In this document: positions 1 through 9,709 of the stretch, in pieces
Layout of the letters: each line of letters begins with the position of its first letter
How positions within the stretch are numbered: position 1 is the first letter of the stretch
Origin: Candidatus Eiseniibacteriota bacterium
Lineage (GTDB): Bacteria > Eisenbacteria > RBG-16-71-46
Direction of reading: 5' to 3'
DNA length: 64,000 nucleotides
Assembly: GCA_963717935.1 (NCBI GenBank)
Contig: CAVQXP010000004.1
Coordinates: 388,898 to 452,897 of the forward strand
The notes under the pieces: generated by a model
Databases searched by the model: none
What the model was told of the DNA's origin: nothing
What the model saw: the letters and a program-made list of their open reading frames with translations, nothing else
Made by a program: the position numbers and the translations under genes

Positions 1-841
1 TGAGCCGCGCGTAGGCGCCCTCCGGCATGTCGCCGGCGAAGGTCACGCTCTGCGCGGCCTCGTCGATGCCGAGCACGGCGCGCGCCACGCCCTGCGCGCC
101 GTCCGGTGTGCGCAGGACCAGGGGGAACATGAGACCGGTCCCGGGCAGGCCGCTCGCGTGCTCGCCGAGGTACTTCTTGTAGAGCACGAGCACGGGCTGC
201 CCATCCACCTCGTAGAGCACCCGCCCGCTCGAGCGCGTGATGAGCCGCTCGGGCCCGAAGGCCCCCCAGCCACCCATGCAGCCGTGGCCGACCGCGAGGC
301 GCTCGCCGTAGAAACCGAGGATCGCCGCGGTGCCCGGGCCGGCCTCGCCGTCCATCACCACCGAGGTGCGCTGGAAGCGGTTGCCGTCGCCCACGAGCCC
401 GCCGGTCACGGCCACGTGCGCGGGCAGCCCGGCGCGCAGACCATGCGCGAACTCGGTGCCGTTGACCGCCAGCCCGTCGGCGAGGACGAAGGCGTGGCAC
501 AGCCCCTCGGATGGAAGGGCGGCAGCGAGCCGCCGGCCCGCCGCGTTGGAGTCGCTCCCGAGCAGGACGAGCGCGCCTTCGACACGGGCGTGCTCGAAGT
601 GCACGGCCGTGGCGACGAGCGTCTCGTCCGCGACGCGCGTGTCGCAGATCTCCCCGGCGGTCGAACCCCCGAGGATCCGTGCGGCGGGGTAGGCGCGGCG
701 CACGTCGTCGAGCGGTGGGCCGCCCCGCAGGACGGTCTCGCCGGCGAACACGAGCACGAGCTGCGGAGCGTCGCGCATCCGGCCAGGGGCGTGGGGCTCC
801 CAGCCGCCGGCCTGCGTCCAGCGGACCTGCTCGATCACCAT
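1..841 (-). CDS. FIST domain-containing sensory protein (partial; N-terminus in window, C-terminus beyond position 1)
   Basis: I translated the minus strand by hand from ATG at 841..839 and obtained MVIEQVRWTQAGGWEPHAPGRMRDAPQ, then ILGGSTAGEICDT near 640-700, which is a FIST_N-like G-S-T-A-G-E motif. The ORF runs off the window edge, so it is missing from the ORF track. Confidence 0.55.
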   Translation of the reverse strand, partial: MVIEQVRWTQAGGWEPHAPGRMRDAPQLVLVFAGETVLRGGPPLDDVRRAYPAARILGGSTAGEICDTRVADETLVATAVHFEHARVEGALVLLGSDSNAAGRRLAAALPSEGLCHAFVLADGLAVNGTEFAHGLRAGLPAHVAVTGGLVGDGNRFQRTSVVMDGEAGPGTAAILGFYGERLAVGHGCMGGWGAFGPERLITRSSGRVLYEVDGQPVLVLYKKYLGEHASGLPGTGLMFPLVLRTPDGAQGVARAVLGIDEAAQSVTFAGDMPEGAYARL

Positions 842-1136
842 CGGGGCCTCCCTGCCGGGTTTGGTGTCGAAGGACACGTTACGCTTCCCTGCGCCCCGGA
901 ACGGGTGCTCGCGGCCCATGGAGCAGACGGCTGGCGCGACCGCACGCGGTGCTCGAAGGTTTTCGGCAACGGGGGGCCCGCGCTTGAGGCCGACGTCGAG
1001 GGTGGCCTCGGTCCCGGCGGCTGCCTGGGCCCGCGCAGGCGCCGTCCCATCCCGCGCGCAGGACTTGCCCACGGTCGGCCGGGTTGGTCGCCGCCCGGCC
1101 GCTCGTGGCACTCGGCGGCCGCGCCGCGGACGTCCT

Positions 1137-2168
1137 CTATCTCGTGGTCGTGACCGTGACGCGCACGCTCATGCCCGGACGCAGCGGGCGCACGGGGTCG
1201 TTGGGCTCGTCGAGCCCGACCCGCACCGGGATGCGCTGGACGACCTTGGTGAAGTTGCCCGTGGCATTGTCGGGCGGCAGCAGCGAGAACTTCGCGCCCG
1301 TCGCCGGGCTCAGGTTCTCGACGTGGCCGCGGTACCGCGTCCCAGGGTACGAGTCCACCGTGATCTCGACCTTGTCACCGGGCAGGACGTTCCGCACGGT
1401 GGTCTCCTTGAGGTTGGCGACCACCCACACGTCGTGCAGCGGCACCACGCTCATGAGCGGCTGCCCGGCCTGCACGTACTGGCCCACTTCGACCGACTTC
1501 CTCGTCACCACGCCGCCCTCGGGCGCGGTGATGAGCGCGTAGGAGAGCACCAGCGCCGCCTGGTCGCGCGCCGCCTTCGCGGCCGTGACCCGGCTCTCGG
1601 CGCCGCGCAGCCCTGCGCTCGCGGCGAGCACCTGCTGCATCGTGGCCTGCAACTGGGCCTGCGACGAGGTCGCTGCGGCTTCGGCCGCGTCCAGTTGCAG
1701 GCGGCTGATGATGCCGCGCTCCGCGAGCGAGCGGTAGCGCTCCAGGTCGCTCGCGGCCCGGTGCGCGTTGGCCCGCGCCTGCTCGACCGCGGCCCGCGCC
1801 GCCTCCAGTTGCGCGGAGGCCTGCCCGGTCTCGCCGCTCCCGCCACCGACGGCGATCGCGGAGGCGAGGTCCGCCTCGGTCTGCGCGAGACGCGCCTCGA
1901 GGTCCCGCTCGTCGATGCGCGCCAGCACCTGGCCCGAGCGCACCTCGTGGTTGTCATCCACCTCGACCGCGGCGACGTAGCCGCTCACGCGGGACAGGAC
2001 CGGGATGATGCGTCCCTCGACCTGCGCGTTGTCGTCGCCGATGTGCGTGCGCGCCCAGACCCACTGCCGCACGAGCAGCGCCGCGCCGGCAAGGACCACG
2101 AGGGCGATCACGCCCAATACGAGGCGCCGGCGCGACGGTCCCACGGCCACCCGCGCGCCCGTGCTCAT
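1137..2168 (-). CDS. HlyD-family membrane fusion protein (EmrA-like periplasmic adaptor)
   Basis: The 343-aa ORF has a cytoplasmic N-terminus, one TM segment (LVLGVIALVVLAGAALLV), long coiled-coil Ala/Gln/Leu repeats and a C-terminal beta-barrel/lipoyl-like region typical of HlyD/EmrA. Its ATG overlaps the TolC stop as ATGA at 2165-2168. Confidence 0.85.
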   Translation of the reverse strand: MSTGARVAVGPSRRRLVLGVIALVVLAGAALLVRQWVWARTHIGDDNAQVEGRIIPVLSRVSGYVAAVEVDDNHEVRSGQVLARIDERDLEARLAQTEADLASAIAVGGGSGETGQASAQLEAARAAVEQARANAHRAASDLERYRSLAERGIISRLQLDAAEAAATSSQAQLQATMQQVLAASAGLRGAESRVTAAKAARDQAALVLSYALITAPEGGVVTRKSVEVGQYVQAGQPLMSVVPLHDVWVVANLKETTVRNVLPGDKVEITVDSYPGTRYRGHVENLSPATGAKFSLLPPDNATGNFTKVVQRIPVRVGLDEPNDPVRPLRPGMSVRVTVTTTR

Positions 2169-3541
2169 CTCACCGTCCGGGCTACGCCGACCGCGCGCGC
2201 CAGCGCGATGCGCGCGGTCGCGGCCGCGGTGCGCGCGTCGATGAGCGCGTCGCGCCCGCGCAGCAGCGAGGACTGCGCGTTGATCACCTCGATGTTCCCG
2301 GCCACGCCGCTCGCGAAGCGCTCGCGCGCCTGCGTCAGCTCCTCCTCGGCGAGTCGCAGCCTCTCCATCGCCACGCTCTCCTGCTCGAGCCCCGAGGAGA
2401 CGTCGAGCGCGGCACCGAGCACCTCGGCCGCGACCTGCTGGCGGAGGTCGTGCTCGCGCACCTCCGACTCGCGTGCCATCGCGCTCTGCTCGGCGACACG
2501 GCCCTCACGGCGCAGCCCGTCGAAGATCGGCATCGAGGCCCCGAGCATGACCGCGCGCGTGGCCAGCGCGTCGGAGGAATGCGCCCCGCTGAGGCCGTAG
2601 TCCGCGCTGAAATCGACGCGCGGCAGCCGCTCGGCCTGGATGGCGCGTTTCTCCACGCCGGCGCGAGCGCGCCGCGAGCGCTCCGCGGCCAACTCCGGAC
2701 GCTGCGCGAGCGCCAGCGTGATCGCGGCGTCGACCTCCGTCGGCGCCGCGGACGAGCCGAGGGTGGTCGAGAGCGTGTCGGAAAGGACGAAGCGGGCCGC
2801 CGGGTCGACACCCAGGGCCCGCGCCAGGTCGAGCGTGGCGCGCGCGGCCTGGTTCTGCGCCACCAGCCACGCCCCGCGCGCCGCGGCCTCCTGCGTGCGC
2901 GCGCGGATCACGTCGATGCGAGCCGCGGTGCCTGCCCGCACCTGGTCCTCGGCGAGCGACGCGAGCTGCCGCGCGAGGTCGAGGTCGGCGTCGCGAGCCG
3001 ACACCACGGCGGCCGCGCGCGAGGCCCGCACGTAGGCCAGCGCGGCCGTCTGCGCCGCGGTCTCGGCGCTTCCACCCGCCTCGGCGCGGCTCACGCCCAC
3101 GCCGAGGCCGGCGGAGCGCAGCCGCAGCCACGAGGCCACATCGAACAGGGGCTGCGAGGCCCGCAGCCGCGCGTCCACCTGGTTCACGGGACCGACGAGA
3201 TCCGCGATCGAGAGACCCGGGATCGCCGGGAACGAGATGCCCATCGCCTTGAAGGAGTAGGTGCGCTCCAGCGAGAACGCCGAGCCCGAGAACGTGGGCA
3301 GCAGCGCGGCGCGCGCCTGTCCGCGGCGGGCCTCGGCCTCGGTCGTCCGCAGCGCGGCCATCTGCACCGCGGGCGTGCTGCACGCCGCGATCGACACGGC
3401 CTGTTCGAGCGACATCGAGGCGGCCGCGCCCCCGGACGCCTCGGGCGTCCCGGCGGGCGTCGGGCCGGTGGCGCGCACCGCCGCCGGCGCGAGGGCTCCC
3501 GCCAGCAGGACGGCGACGGCCATGAGCCTGGACCTGTGCAT
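2165..3541 (-). CDS. TolC-family outer membrane efflux protein
   Basis: The ORF frame extends to 3829, but the in-frame ATG at 3541 gives a signal peptide (MHRSRLMAVAVLLAGALAPAAVRA) and sits 7 nt downstream of GGAGG. The body has the OEP repeat architecture (…LDLARALGVD…, …LALAQRPELAA…). Confidence 0.8.
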   Translation of the reverse strand: MHRSRLMAVAVLLAGALAPAAVRATGPTPAGTPEASGGAAASMSLEQAVSIAACSTPAVQMAALRTTEAEARRGQARAALLPTFSGSAFSLERTYSFKAMGISFPAIPGLSIADLVGPVNQVDARLRASQPLFDVASWLRLRSAGLGVGVSRAEAGGSAETAAQTAALAYVRASRAAAVVSARDADLDLARQLASLAEDQVRAGTAARIDVIRARTQEAAARGAWLVAQNQAARATLDLARALGVDPAARFVLSDTLSTTLGSSAAPTEVDAAITLALAQRPELAAERSRRARAGVEKRAIQAERLPRVDFSADYGLSGAHSSDALATRAVMLGASMPIFDGLRREGRVAEQSAMARESEVREHDLRQQVAAEVLGAALDVSSGLEQESVAMERLRLAEEELTQARERFASGVAGNIEVINAQSSLLRGRDALIDARTAAATARIALARAVGVARTVR

Positions 3542-3923
3542 ACAGGACCTCCGCGCCCGCCGCCCGGCCCACGCTTCGGACCGGCACCGGACGCAACGCA
3601 GAAAGAGTTGGAGCGGGACTGTCAGACGCGAGGCCGGCCTCGGGGCCGGGGCCCGGAGCAGGCCCGCCACCGGATAGTACGCAGCATCCGCACGGAATCC
3701 TAACGCCTCCCCTGGCGCCCGGCCGGGCGCGTCGCCCCCGGCGGCACGGCACGTTCCGGTTCCGCACGCGGACACGACCGCACGCGCCGGCGCTGCGAAC
3801 CTGGAGGAGGATGACACCGGACGCAGCACCCGGAGGCCTGCGCGTTGCGCGCTCCCCGCCGCGCACCTACACTGCCGCGGTCGCTTGCCGTGGCCGCGCG
3901 CCCACCCTCACCCCAACGACCTC
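3542..3923. promoter_or_regulatory. Divergent intergenic region between tolC-like (minus) and tldD (plus); expected to hold both promoters
   Basis: This 380-bp non-coding gap separates two divergent gene starts; the only ORFs here are Arg-rich frame artefacts. Confidence 0.3.
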
Positions 3924-5354
3924 ATGCTCGAAGCCCCATCCGGACTCTCCGACCTCGTCCCCCGCGAACTCGCCGCCGAGTTGCTCGAACTGGGTCGCGC
4001 ACAGGGCGCCGAGTTCGCCGAGGTCTACGCCGAGCACACCGTGGTCTCCGCCTTCACGCTCGAGGAGCGCCGCATCCGTTCGTCGGAGCACTCGCGCGGC
4101 CAGGGCGTGGGGGTGCGCGCGATCCACGGCGAGCAGACCGGCTACGCCTACGCCGACGGCTTCGACGCCGGGGACCTGCGCGAGGCCGCCCGCGTCGCGG
4201 CCCGCATCGCGCGCGACCGCGGCCCGGGCGGGCCGCCACGCGCCTTCGCCGTCGTGGACGCCCCGGCGCCCTTCACCCTCGCCGCGCCCGTGACGCTCAC
4301 GCTCGACTCGGCCCGCAAGGTGGAGATGCTGCGCCGCGCCGACGAGGCCGCACGCGGGCACGACGGCCGCATCCACGAGGTCTCGGCCGGCTTCGCCGAT
4401 TCCTCGAAGAGCTACCTGGTCGCCAACAGCGACGGGTTGTGGGCCGAGGACCGGCACTTCCTCGCGCGCCTCGCAGTCACGGCCTTCGCCACCGAGGGCG
4501 AGGTGCGCCAGCATGGCTACTTCACGGGCGGTGGGAGTGTCGAGGCTTCGTACTTCGAGGACCAGCGCACGCCCGAGCAGATCGCGCTCGAAGCGGCGGG
4601 CGTGGCGGTCACGCTGCTGCGCGCCGAGGAACCCCGGGCCGGCACCTACCCGGTCGTGGTCGCTCCGGGCTGGGGTGGCGTGCTCGTGCACGAGTGCTTC
4701 GGGCACGGTATGGAGGGCGACGTCATCCGCAAGCAGTCCTCGATCCGCGCGTCCCAGATGGGGCGGTTGGTCGCCGCCCGAGGCGTGACCATCGTGGACT
4801 CGGGCCTGGTGCCGTTCTCGCGCGGCTCCTTTCGCGTGGACGACGAGGGCACGCACGCCCAGCGCACCGTGCTGGTCGAGGACGGCGTGCTGGTCGGCTA
4901 CCTGTGGGACCTGCTGAACGCGCGGCTCACCGGGAACCGCCCCACCGGCAACGGCCGGCGCGCATCGTACCGCGACTACCCGCTGTGCCGCATGACCAAC
5001 ACCTTCATCGAGGCCGGGCCGCACCCGCCCGCGGACCTCATCGCCTCGGTTCCCCGCGGGCTCTACTGCAAGAACCTGGGCGGCGGCTCGGTCAGCCCGG
5101 CGGACGGCAACTTCTCGTTCCAGGTCACCGAGGCCTGGCGCATCGAGGACGGCCGGCTCGTCGCTCCGGTGCGCAACGCCACGCTCACCGGCAACGGCGA
5201 CGACGCCATGCTCAAGATCGACGGCGTGGGCAACGACCTGCGGATCGAGGGCAGCACCGGCTCGTGCGGCAAGGACGGCCAGTGGAAGCCCGTGGGCGTG
5301 GGCCAGCCCACCGTGCGCTTCACCGGGATCACCGTGGGGGGCACGGGCACGTGA
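3924..5354 (+). CDS. tldD: Metalloprotease TldD (peptidase U62)
   Basis: Family-typical N-terminus (…ELGRAQGAEFAEVYAEHTVVSAFTLEE…) and GG…NTF… core. The ORF begins at 3885, but the internal ATG at 3924 (MLEAPSG…) gives the usual length of about 477 aa. Confidence 0.85.
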   Translation: MLEAPSGLSDLVPRELAAELLELGRAQGAEFAEVYAEHTVVSAFTLEERRIRSSEHSRGQGVGVRAIHGEQTGYAYADGFDAGDLREAARVAARIARDRGPGGPPRAFAVVDAPAPFTLAAPVTLTLDSARKVEMLRRADEAARGHDGRIHEVSAGFADSSKSYLVANSDGLWAEDRHFLARLAVTAFATEGEVRQHGYFTGGGSVEASYFEDQRTPEQIALEAAGVAVTLLRAEEPRAGTYPVVVAPGWGGVLVHECFGHGMEGDVIRKQSSIRASQMGRLVAARGVTIVDSGLVPFSRGSFRVDDEGTHAQRTVLVEDGVLVGYLWDLLNARLTGNRPTGNGRRASYRDYPLCRMTNTFIEAGPHPPADLIASVPRGLYCKNLGGGSVSPADGNFSFQVTEAWRIEDGRLVAPVRNATLTGNGDDAMLKIDGVGNDLRIEGSTGSCGKDGQWKPVGVGQPTVRFTGITVGGTGT

Positions 5355-6739
5355 GCGGCGCGGCCCGCGAAGGCGCGCCGCTCGACGCGGCAGCGCTCCT
5401 GCGCCTCGGCACGGAGACCGTGGAGCGCGCGCGGCGGGCGGGTGCCGACCACGCCGAAGCCTGCCTGGAGAGCCTGCGCTCCTTCACCGTGCGGGTGAAC
5501 GGCGGCGCGATCGAGAGTCTCAAGCAGAGCGTGACGCGCGGGCTCGGCCTGCGGGTGCTGGTGGGCGGGGCGCAGGGTTTCGTCTCGAGCACCGACCTCA
5601 CGCCCGGCTCGCTGGACGAACTGGCCCGCCACGTGGTGGCGCTGGCGCGCTTCTCCACGCCCGACGAGGCCAACGTCTTCCCCACCCCCGCGGACGCCGG
5701 CGACGAACCGCTGCCGGACCTCGAGCTCGTGGACCCGGCGCTGCTGGCGTGGCCCGCCGAGCGCAGGATCGAGATGGCACTCACGCTCGAGCGGGTCGCA
5801 CTCGGGTGCGACCCGCGGATCCACCGCACCGACGGCGCCGGCGTCTCTGCGCGCGACGGGCACGCGGCCCTGGTGAACTCGAGCGGCCTGGCGCGCTCCT
5901 CGTCCGGCACGACGGTGAGCGCGCACGTGGTGCCGCTCGCCGACGACGGCAAGGGCAAGCAGCAGGCCGGCTGGTACGGCATGGTCAAGTGCCGGCTCGA
6001 CGAACTCGAGGCCCCCGAGGACATCGCGCGCGAGGCCGCACGCCGCGCCGTCGCGCGCATCGGCGCGCGCCAGGTCCCCACCGCGCGCGTGCCGGTGATC
6101 CTCTCCCCCGACATCGCGGCGGCCTGGATCGGAGAGATGCTCGAGGCCTTCAGCGGCGAGGCCCACCTCAGGCGGACCTCGTGGCTCACGGACCGGCTGG
6201 GCGAGACCCTCGCCGCGGAGGCGGTGACGCTGGTGGACGACGGGCGGATGCCGCGCGCGATCGGCAGCGAGCCCTTCGACGGCGAGGGGATGCCGACGCG
6301 ACGCAACGTGCTGATCGAGCGCGGGCGCTTCGCCACCATCCTCTACGACGTCTATCACGCGCGACGCTGCGGCACGCGCTCGACCGGCAGCGCCGTGCGC
6401 GGCTACTCCTCGACGCCCGGCATCGGTTCGCACAACCTCTACATCGAGGCCGGCGCCGAGAGCCCCGAGACCATCCTGGCGCGGGTGGACCGCGGTTTCT
6501 ACATGGACGACCAGGGTTCGTACGGATTCAACTCCACCACCGGCGACTACTCCTTCCAGGCGCAGGGCTTCTGGATCGAGCGCGGCGCGAAGGCCTTCCC
6601 GGTCGAGGGCGTGACCGTCGCCTCGAATTCGCTGGAGATGCTCCGGAACGTGGCCGCGGTGGGGAACGACCTCCGCTTCCTCGGCAGCGTCGCCAGCCCC
6701 ACGCTGCTCATCTCCGAGATGACCATCAGCGGAGGGTAG
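5351..6739 (+). CDS. pmbA: Metalloprotease PmbA/TldE (peptidase U62 partner of TldD)
   Basis: GTG at 5351 overlaps the tldD stop (GTGA). The 462-aa product has the PmbA/TldD fold signature (…DGEGMPTRRNVLIERG…, …GFYMDDQGSYGFNSTTGDYSF…). It is embedded in the artefactual 964-aa ORF 3845..6739. Confidence 0.85.
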   Translation: MSGAAREGAPLDAAALLRLGTETVERARRAGADHAEACLESLRSFTVRVNGGAIESLKQSVTRGLGLRVLVGGAQGFVSSTDLTPGSLDELARHVVALARFSTPDEANVFPTPADAGDEPLPDLELVDPALLAWPAERRIEMALTLERVALGCDPRIHRTDGAGVSARDGHAALVNSSGLARSSSGTTVSAHVVPLADDGKGKQQAGWYGMVKCRLDELEAPEDIAREAARRAVARIGARQVPTARVPVILSPDIAAAWIGEMLEAFSGEAHLRRTSWLTDRLGETLAAEAVTLVDDGRMPRAIGSEPFDGEGMPTRRNVLIERGRFATILYDVYHARRCGTRSTGSAVRGYSSTPGIGSHNLYIEAGAESPETILARVDRGFYMDDQGSYGFNSTTGDYSFQAQGFWIERGAKAFPVEGVTVASNSLEMLRNVAAVGNDLRFLGSVASPTLLISEMTISGG

Positions 6740-6746
6740 GGCCGGC

Positions 6747-8378
6747 ATGTCCATGGTACGGGCCACGGCGGGCGCGCTCGGCATCCAGCGCCCCGACAAC
6801 AAGTGGCTGGTGGCCGCCTCGATCTCCTTCGGCGCCATCATGGCCACGATCGACATCTCGATCGTGAACGTGGCGCTGCCGCAGATCCGCGGCTCGATCG
6901 GCGCCTCGATCGACCAGATGACCGCGCTCGGCACCTCGTTCGCCATCGCGCAGGTCATCGTCATGCCGCTCACCGCGTTCCTGGGGCGCTTCCTCGGGCA
7001 GAAACGGGTCTATCTCTTCTGTCTCGGGCTCTTCCTCGTGGGCTCCATGCTCTGCGGCCTGGCGCACACGCTCCCCCAGCTCATCGCCGCCCGCGCCCTG
7101 CAGGGATTCGGCGCCGGCGCGCTCCAGCCCAGCCAGATGGCGATCCTGCGGCAGACCTTCCCGCCGAAGGAGCAGGGCATGGCGATGGCCGTGGTCGGCA
7201 TGGTGATCGTGATCGGCCCGGCCATCGGCCCCGCGCTGGGCGGGTGGATCGTGGACAACTGGTCGTGGCCCTGGATCTTCTACATCAACCTGCCGGTCGG
7301 CATCGTCGGAATCCTCGCGACCAGCCGCTTCGTGCACGAGCCCGAGGACATCCGGACCGCGAACCGCGCGCAGGCCGAGGTCATGCGCCGGAACCTCGAC
7401 TGGCAGGGCATCGCGTACATGAGCGTCGGCCTGGCCGCCCTCCAGTACGTGCTCCAGGAGGGGAACCGCAACGACTGGTTCGACTCCAAGACGATCACGC
7501 TGGCGGCCATCCTGGCGGTGACGGGGATCGTCGCCTTCATCGTGCAGGAGCTGCGCGCGACGGCCCCGGCGGTGAACCTCCGCCTCTTCCGCGACCCCAC
7601 GTTCACCTCCGCCACGATCATCGGCGGCATCATGTTCGCGAACCTGATGGCGAACATGTTCCTGCTGCCGGTCTTCATGCAGGAGCTGCTCGGGTTCACC
7701 GCGCTCAAGTCGGGCCTGGCGCTCATGCCGCGCGCCCTGGTGATGATGGTCGCGACCCCCATCGTGGGGCGCATCTACAATCGCGTCTCGCCGCGCCTGC
7801 TGGTGGCCCTCGGCGTGATCTGCGTGGCCCTGGGCTCGCTCGACATGGGGCGCTTCACGCTGCAGACGAGCGACACGGGCATCATCGTCACGCTGCTCCT
7901 GCAGGGCGTGGGTTTCTCGCTGCTGTTCGTGCCGCTCACCACCGTCGCGCTGAGCCACGTCGCGCGCACGCAGCTCACCGACGCGAGTGGCCTGAACTCG
8001 CTGGTGCGGCAGTTCGGCGGCTCAGCCGGGCTGGCCATCTACGGCACGCTGCTCGAGCAGTACGGGGTGCGCGCCCGCGCCGCGCTGGCCGTGCACGTGG
8101 ATCCCTACCGGCCCGAGGTGGCCCAGCGGCTCGAACTGATGACGCGGGGCATGATCAGCCACGGCATGGACGCGACCACCGCGAAGGCGGCGGCGTTGAA
8201 GGCGCTGGCCGGCACGGTCGCGCGCCAGGGCACGATGATCGCCTTCGAGAAGACCTTCATGCTCACCGGCTTCATGATGCTCACGCTGCTGGCGCTGGTG
8301 TTCTTCCTGCGGTCGAAGGACCACGAGACCCCGGGGCCGCCCGCGGCGGGACCGCCGCCGCCACATCCGGTGGACTAG
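6747..8378 (+). CDS. MFS drug efflux transporter, DHA2 (EmrB/QacA) family, 14 TMS
   Basis: 543 aa with the conserved motif-A region (…GRFLGQKRVYLFCLGLFLVGSMLCGLAHT…QGFGAGAL…), 8 nt after the pmbA stop and preceded by a GGAGGG box. Confidence 0.85.
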   Translation: MSMVRATAGALGIQRPDNKWLVAASISFGAIMATIDISIVNVALPQIRGSIGASIDQMTALGTSFAIAQVIVMPLTAFLGRFLGQKRVYLFCLGLFLVGSMLCGLAHTLPQLIAARALQGFGAGALQPSQMAILRQTFPPKEQGMAMAVVGMVIVIGPAIGPALGGWIVDNWSWPWIFYINLPVGIVGILATSRFVHEPEDIRTANRAQAEVMRRNLDWQGIAYMSVGLAALQYVLQEGNRNDWFDSKTITLAAILAVTGIVAFIVQELRATAPAVNLRLFRDPTFTSATIIGGIMFANLMANMFLLPVFMQELLGFTALKSGLALMPRALVMMVATPIVGRIYNRVSPRLLVALGVICVALGSLDMGRFTLQTSDTGIIVTLLLQGVGFSLLFVPLTTVALSHVARTQLTDASGLNSLVRQFGGSAGLAIYGTLLEQYGVRARAALAVHVDPYRPEVAQRLELMTRGMISHGMDATTAKAAALKALAGTVARQGTMIAFEKTFMLTGFMMLTLLALVFFLRSKDHETPGPPAAGPPPPHPVD

Positions 8379-8392
8379 CCTGGACGATCAGG

Positions 8393-9592
8393 CTAGGAGT
8401 TCCGGAAGCTCGCCACCACGGCCACGGCGCGGCGCGGCGTGTGCGGCACGCGGCGGTCGTGGCCGCAGCGCACCAGCATGAGCGGCTCCTCGCCGGTCGC
8501 GCCGAAGCGGCGCAACAGCGGGCCACGGAAGCGCTCGAGCTCGAGTGGCGCGTTCATGGGCTGGTGCGCCAGTCCAAGCTGCGTGGCCTTGAGCGCCAGT
8601 CGCTCGTAGGCCTGCCCGCCCAGGAACCAGGCCGACTCGTCGCGGACCGTGGTCGTGAGCAGCGCCACGGCGCCCGCACTGCGCACGCCCTCTCTCGCGC
8701 GCTTGGCCAGGCTGCCCGCGCCGAAGCGCAGGAACCACGAGTCGGGGTCGTAGTAGCGGCCCGCGAACCAGTTCGCCGGGCCGCTCATGCCGAGCGCGTC
8801 CACCGGCACGCCGTCGCCGCGCCGCGCCGCGTCCCGCAGGCTGGTGCGCAGCCAGAGGTGCTGCTCCGTCTGGATGCGCCGGTTCGAGACCTGCGCGTGC
8901 ACGGCGTCGTGGACCAGGTCGGCCAGATCGCGGAGCGCATCGCGGCCGTCCAGCCAGTGCAGGCGCGGGCCGTCCGCCACCTGGGCGTTCAACTGGGCGC
9001 GGACCTGGGGCATGAGACCCCGTCCGTCGTAGTTGCGGCGGTTCGTCCGCCGGGCGGTCAGCGCGCCGAAGAGTTCGCGGTCGCGCCGCGGGCCACCGCC
9101 GTTCCAGGTCACCTCGGCCACCGCGCCACGCGCGCCCTCGTTGGGCCGGTAGCGCACGGTCGGCTGCAGCCCGTAGGCGCGGGCCGCCACGACCAGGTTC
9201 TCGAGCGCCGCGCCCAGCGAGACCATCAGGCCGCGGCGGTCCGGGTCGCTCGTGGGCAGCGCGCGCTGAGCGTCGGCGAACAGCCGGATCGACTCCGGGT
9301 CCACCTCGAAACGCCAGGGCTGGGTGTTCCAGTCGCTGGGCGCGAGCACGGCGGCGCCGACCAGGACGCGGGCGAGGTCGAGCCCGGCGGCGGGCGCCTC
9401 CGTGGGGAGCGCCCAGGGCTGCAACGCCACCGAGCCGCCGCGCGCGCGGCGCGCCCAGGCCTCCACGGGACGGAGGGCCGTGTACGCGGCCGCACCACCC
9501 ACGACGATGAGGAACTCACGCCGGCCCAGGATCCGCGGCGGGTCCGGCTCCAGCGCTCCGAGCATCCGCGGCGGCCGCAGGGATGGTTCCAT
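8393..9592 (-). CDS. Acg-family (nitroreductase-like, FMN-binding) protein with a twin-arginine (Tat) signal
   Basis: RREFLIVVGGAAAYTAL is a Tat motif with h-region. SDWNTQPWRF resembles the Acg/Rv2032 SLHNSQPWRW motif, and the length and repeat architecture fit that family. The start (9592 versus 9631) is uncertain. Confidence 0.7.
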   Translation of the reverse strand: MEPSLRPPRMLGALEPDPPRILGRREFLIVVGGAAAYTALRPVEAWARRARGGSVALQPWALPTEAPAAGLDLARVLVGAAVLAPSDWNTQPWRFEVDPESIRLFADAQRALPTSDPDRRGLMVSLGAALENLVVAARAYGLQPTVRYRPNEGARGAVAEVTWNGGGPRRDRELFGALTARRTNRRNYDGRGLMPQVRAQLNAQVADGPRLHWLDGRDALRDLADLVHDAVHAQVSNRRIQTEQHLWLRTSLRDAARRGDGVPVDALGMSGPANWFAGRYYDPDSWFLRFGAGSLAKRAREGVRSAGAVALLTTTVRDESAWFLGGQAYERLALKATQLGLAHQPMNAPLELERFRGPLLRRFGATGEEPLMLVRCGHDRRVPHTPRRAVAVVASFRNS

Positions 9593-9709
9593 GACCCGCA
9601 GAGAGTGCGCAGCCCGCGCACCATGCGTCAACCCGACAGGACCAACCGCGTGGAAGATGGCGGCTTAGCGGGCTTGCGGCGGCCCCGGGGGCGCGGCTAC
9701 GGTCGAGGC

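Noticed and set aside
841-1136. Possible small precursor-peptide ORF between the FIST and hlyD genes
   Set aside because: Only Arg-rich artefactual frames are present and there is no SD-preceded short ORF; I treat it as promoter region for the FIST gene.
158-2600. Long plus-strand ORFs 158..1153 (331 aa), 511..987 and 861..2600 (579 aa)
   Set aside because: They are Arg/Ala/Gly/His-rich low-complexity translations antisense to the FIST and HlyD genes, which have clear family motifs; typical high-GC frame artefacts.
3845-6739. 964-aa ORF spanning tldD and pmbA
   Set aside because: This is an artefact of an open +2 frame across tldD (which is in another frame); only the 5351..6739 part (PmbA) carries family motifs, and the N-terminal 500 aa are Arg/Pro-rich.
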